A stretch of DNA of 10,408 nucleotides. Origin: Pseudomonadota bacterium (GTDB taxonomy: Bacteria > Bdellovibrionota_G > JALEGL01 > DATDPG01). The DNA lies in assembly GCA_043804515.1 (NCBI GenBank), contig JAZDIZ010000100.1, positions 1-10,408 on the forward strand, given 5' to 3'. Made by a program: the position numbers and the translations under genes. Positions within the stretch are counted from its first letter, which is position 1. Every line of letters starts with the position of its first letter. Below, piece by piece: positions 9,161-10,408 of this stretch. The notes beneath the pieces were generated by a model, which saw only the letters and a list, made by a program, of their open reading frames with translations, was not told the DNA's origin and made no database searches.

Positions 9161-9425
9161 AGTCCGCCTTCGCTGGATTGATTTTGAAGGTTGGCTTGCC
9201 TAGCCGTAGCCCCAGTTCAACTTTGGGAAGTCCGCCTTCGCTGAAGCTTCGGCGGGACAAGCAGCCTTCGCTTCGTTTCACTCAGCTCGAAAGAAGTCCG
9301 CCTTCGCCGAAAAGCATTGAAAGGAGGGCTTGCCTAGCCGTAGCTCTGCGCAGAATTGAGAGACTGTGCGTTATCGAAGGGCTTCGGCGAGACAGCCTTC
9401 GCTTCGTTACACTCAGCGAAGGCTG
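9161..9425. repeat. Cluster of REP-like palindromic repeats, two ~134-bp units
   Basis: AGTCCGCCTTCGC at 9161, 9229 and 9295. GGCTTGCCTAGCCGTAGC at 9193 and 9327. GCTTCGGCG at 9246 and 9381. CAGCCTTCGCTTCGTT(T/A)CACTCAGC at 9262 and 9393. Perfect 11-bp inverted repeat at 9393-9403/9415-9425. Confidence 0.85.
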
Positions 9426-10114
9426 GAGCCACCCCCCGGACGCGGCGGCTCTCGCCGCCAGCGTTGTAGGGTGAGCCTCTCGCACCCAGCAAAGCTGGGT
9501 TCCCGCTCGAGGCTGTTTATTGGATCACTGCAACGTCGAATCTGTGCGCTCACCACAGGCGCTTAGTTACCCTGATCGAACTTTCGAAAAACATGAGCAG
9601 ATCAATGCCAGTAACGTGGAAAATCCTCACGACGAGGACGCTGGTGGTTCGCTTGACCCGAATCTTTCATGAGGAGCGGAACCATTTCCCTCACCCCCCA
9701 GGAGGGGGATTCGGGAAATGGAGCCACCCCCCGGATTCGAAGTTGTGCGCTCGCAACAAGCGCTTCGTTACTTCGATCGGACGAATACCCGATCTCGAAT
9801 GAGTATCTTAAGAATGGAGCCTATCGATGTGACAGGACGCTGGTTGCTCACTTGACCCGGATCTTTCATGAGGAGTGAGACCATTCCCCTCATCCCCAGG
9901 AGGGGATTCGGGGAATGGAGCCACCCCCCGGATTCGAAGTTGTGCGCTCACCACAGGCGCTTAGTTACCCTGATCGAACTTTCGAAAAACATGAGCAGCC
10001 CGATGCTAAAAATGTCGGGAATCCTCACTGCGAGGACGCTGGTGGTTCGCTTGACCCGGATCTTTCATGAGGAGTGAGACCATTCCCCTCATCCCCAGGA
10101 GGGGATTCGGGGAA
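9424..10114 (-). repeat. tRNA-linked tandem repeat array: three units (9424-9718, 9719-9915, 9916-10114), each carrying a copy of the tRNA-Thr 3' end
   Basis: TGGAGCCACCCCCCGGATTCGAA occurs at 9719 and 9916, and its first 17 nt at 9424. It matches the tRNA 3' end at 10115 with one mismatch. Unit lengths in coordinate order are 295 bp (about 200 plus a 95-bp insert), 197 and 199 bp. Confidence 0.95.
9441..9535. other. 95-bp structured insertion splitting the distal tRNA 3'-end copy
   Basis: The expected CCGGATTCGAA reads CCGGA-[95 bp]-TCGAA. The insert contains the stems GGCGGC/GCCGCC, ACCCAGC/GCTGGGT, AGCCTC/GAGGCT and CGTTG/CAACG. Confidence 0.7.
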
Positions 10115-10190
<76 letters not shown>

Positions 10191-10206
10191 CCCTGGAAGG
10201 GCGATC

Positions 10207-10235
10207 AAGTTACACGGTTCATTTCTAAAAGTGAA
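10207..10235 (-). promoter_or_regulatory. Putative sigma70 promoter of tRNA-Thr
   Basis: Minus strand TTCACT (10235-10230), 17-nt spacer, then TAACTT (10212-10207), ending 16 nt upstream of the tRNA and followed by a GC-rich stretch. Confidence 0.45.
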
Positions 10236-10407
10236 ACGCGAAGCCTGCGGACCCGATGACCGGAATCAAGACCCGGTCACCCCCCCATAAAAAAACGTCG
10301 GCACCGGCCTGAACAAACACTTCCGAGTCGTGAGAGCCCAAGTGAAAAGGGTGGGCCAAATTCGCACCGAAACGCGGCCCTCCGTATACCGTATGGTTGC
10401 CCTGGGT
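10225..10407 (-). CDS. 3' end (partial) of probable outer-membrane beta-barrel protein
   Basis: Translated by hand; not in the ORF track. The open frame from the window edge reads TQGNHTVYGGPRFGANLAHPFHLGSHDSEVFVQAGADVFLWGGDRVLIPVIGSAGFAFHF*. Alternating beta-strand pattern and C-terminal F-x-F resemble the BAM beta-signal. Confidence 0.65.
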   Translation of the reverse strand, partial: TQGNHTVYGGPRFGANLAHPFHLGSHDSEVFVQAGADVFLWGGDRVLIPVIGSAGFAFHF

Positions 10408-10408
10408 G

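Noticed and set aside
9441..9535. Group II intron 3' remnant or integron attC site
   Set aside because: No recognisable domain V, and no RYYYAAC...GTTRRRY box pair.
9719..9938. Additional tRNA genes
   Set aside because: Only the last 23 nt are present; there is no D-arm, anticodon arm or 5' acceptor strand.
9601..10019. Diversity-generating retroelement TR/VR pair
   Set aside because: Differences are not confined to adenines of one copy on either strand, and no RT or target ORF is visible.
9593..10077. Three 69-aa plus-strand ORFs in the array (and the ORFs at 9178-9566)
   Set aside because: They recur only because of the repeats, reading frames are not preserved between units, and they are antisense to the tRNA. 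Covariation favours a structural role.
9424..10114. CRISPR array
   Set aside because: The constant part is ~140 bp, two of the three cores are related, the repeat includes a tRNA end, and there are no cas genes in the window.

Overview
GC-rich bacterial window. Bases 268-7447 hold a minus-strand run of ordinary genes: a P-loop NTPase, a 2[4Fe-4S] ferredoxin, the alpha/beta/gamma subunits of a Vor/Kor-type 2-oxoacid:ferredoxin oxidoreductase, a GAF + HD-GYP phosphodiesterase and a DUF2723/TMEM260-like membrane glycosyltransferase. Divergent from these is an ornithine carbamoyltransferase with motifs resembling the anaerobic-protist type (KPSLRT, NNVTYDLMR, FMNCLP), followed by a convergent secreted hypothetical protein. 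The unusual part is ~9160-10190. A minus-strand tRNA-Thr(CGT) at 10115-10190 is followed downstream by three ~200-bp units, each ending in a copy of the tRNA 3' end. The units have conserved flanks, a variable ~50-nt core, and a covarying hairpin that buries the upstream CCA end. The distal tRNA-end copy is split in its T-loop by a 95-bp structured insert and is followed by a second, unrelated palindromic repeat family with a 134-bp period. The repeat copies carry the base that would repair a T-stem mismatch in the intact tRNA gene. No integrase, cas or reverse transcriptase gene is visible. The window ends in the 3' end of a probable outer-membrane beta-barrel gene. All family assignments come from motif recognition by eye; no searches were run.
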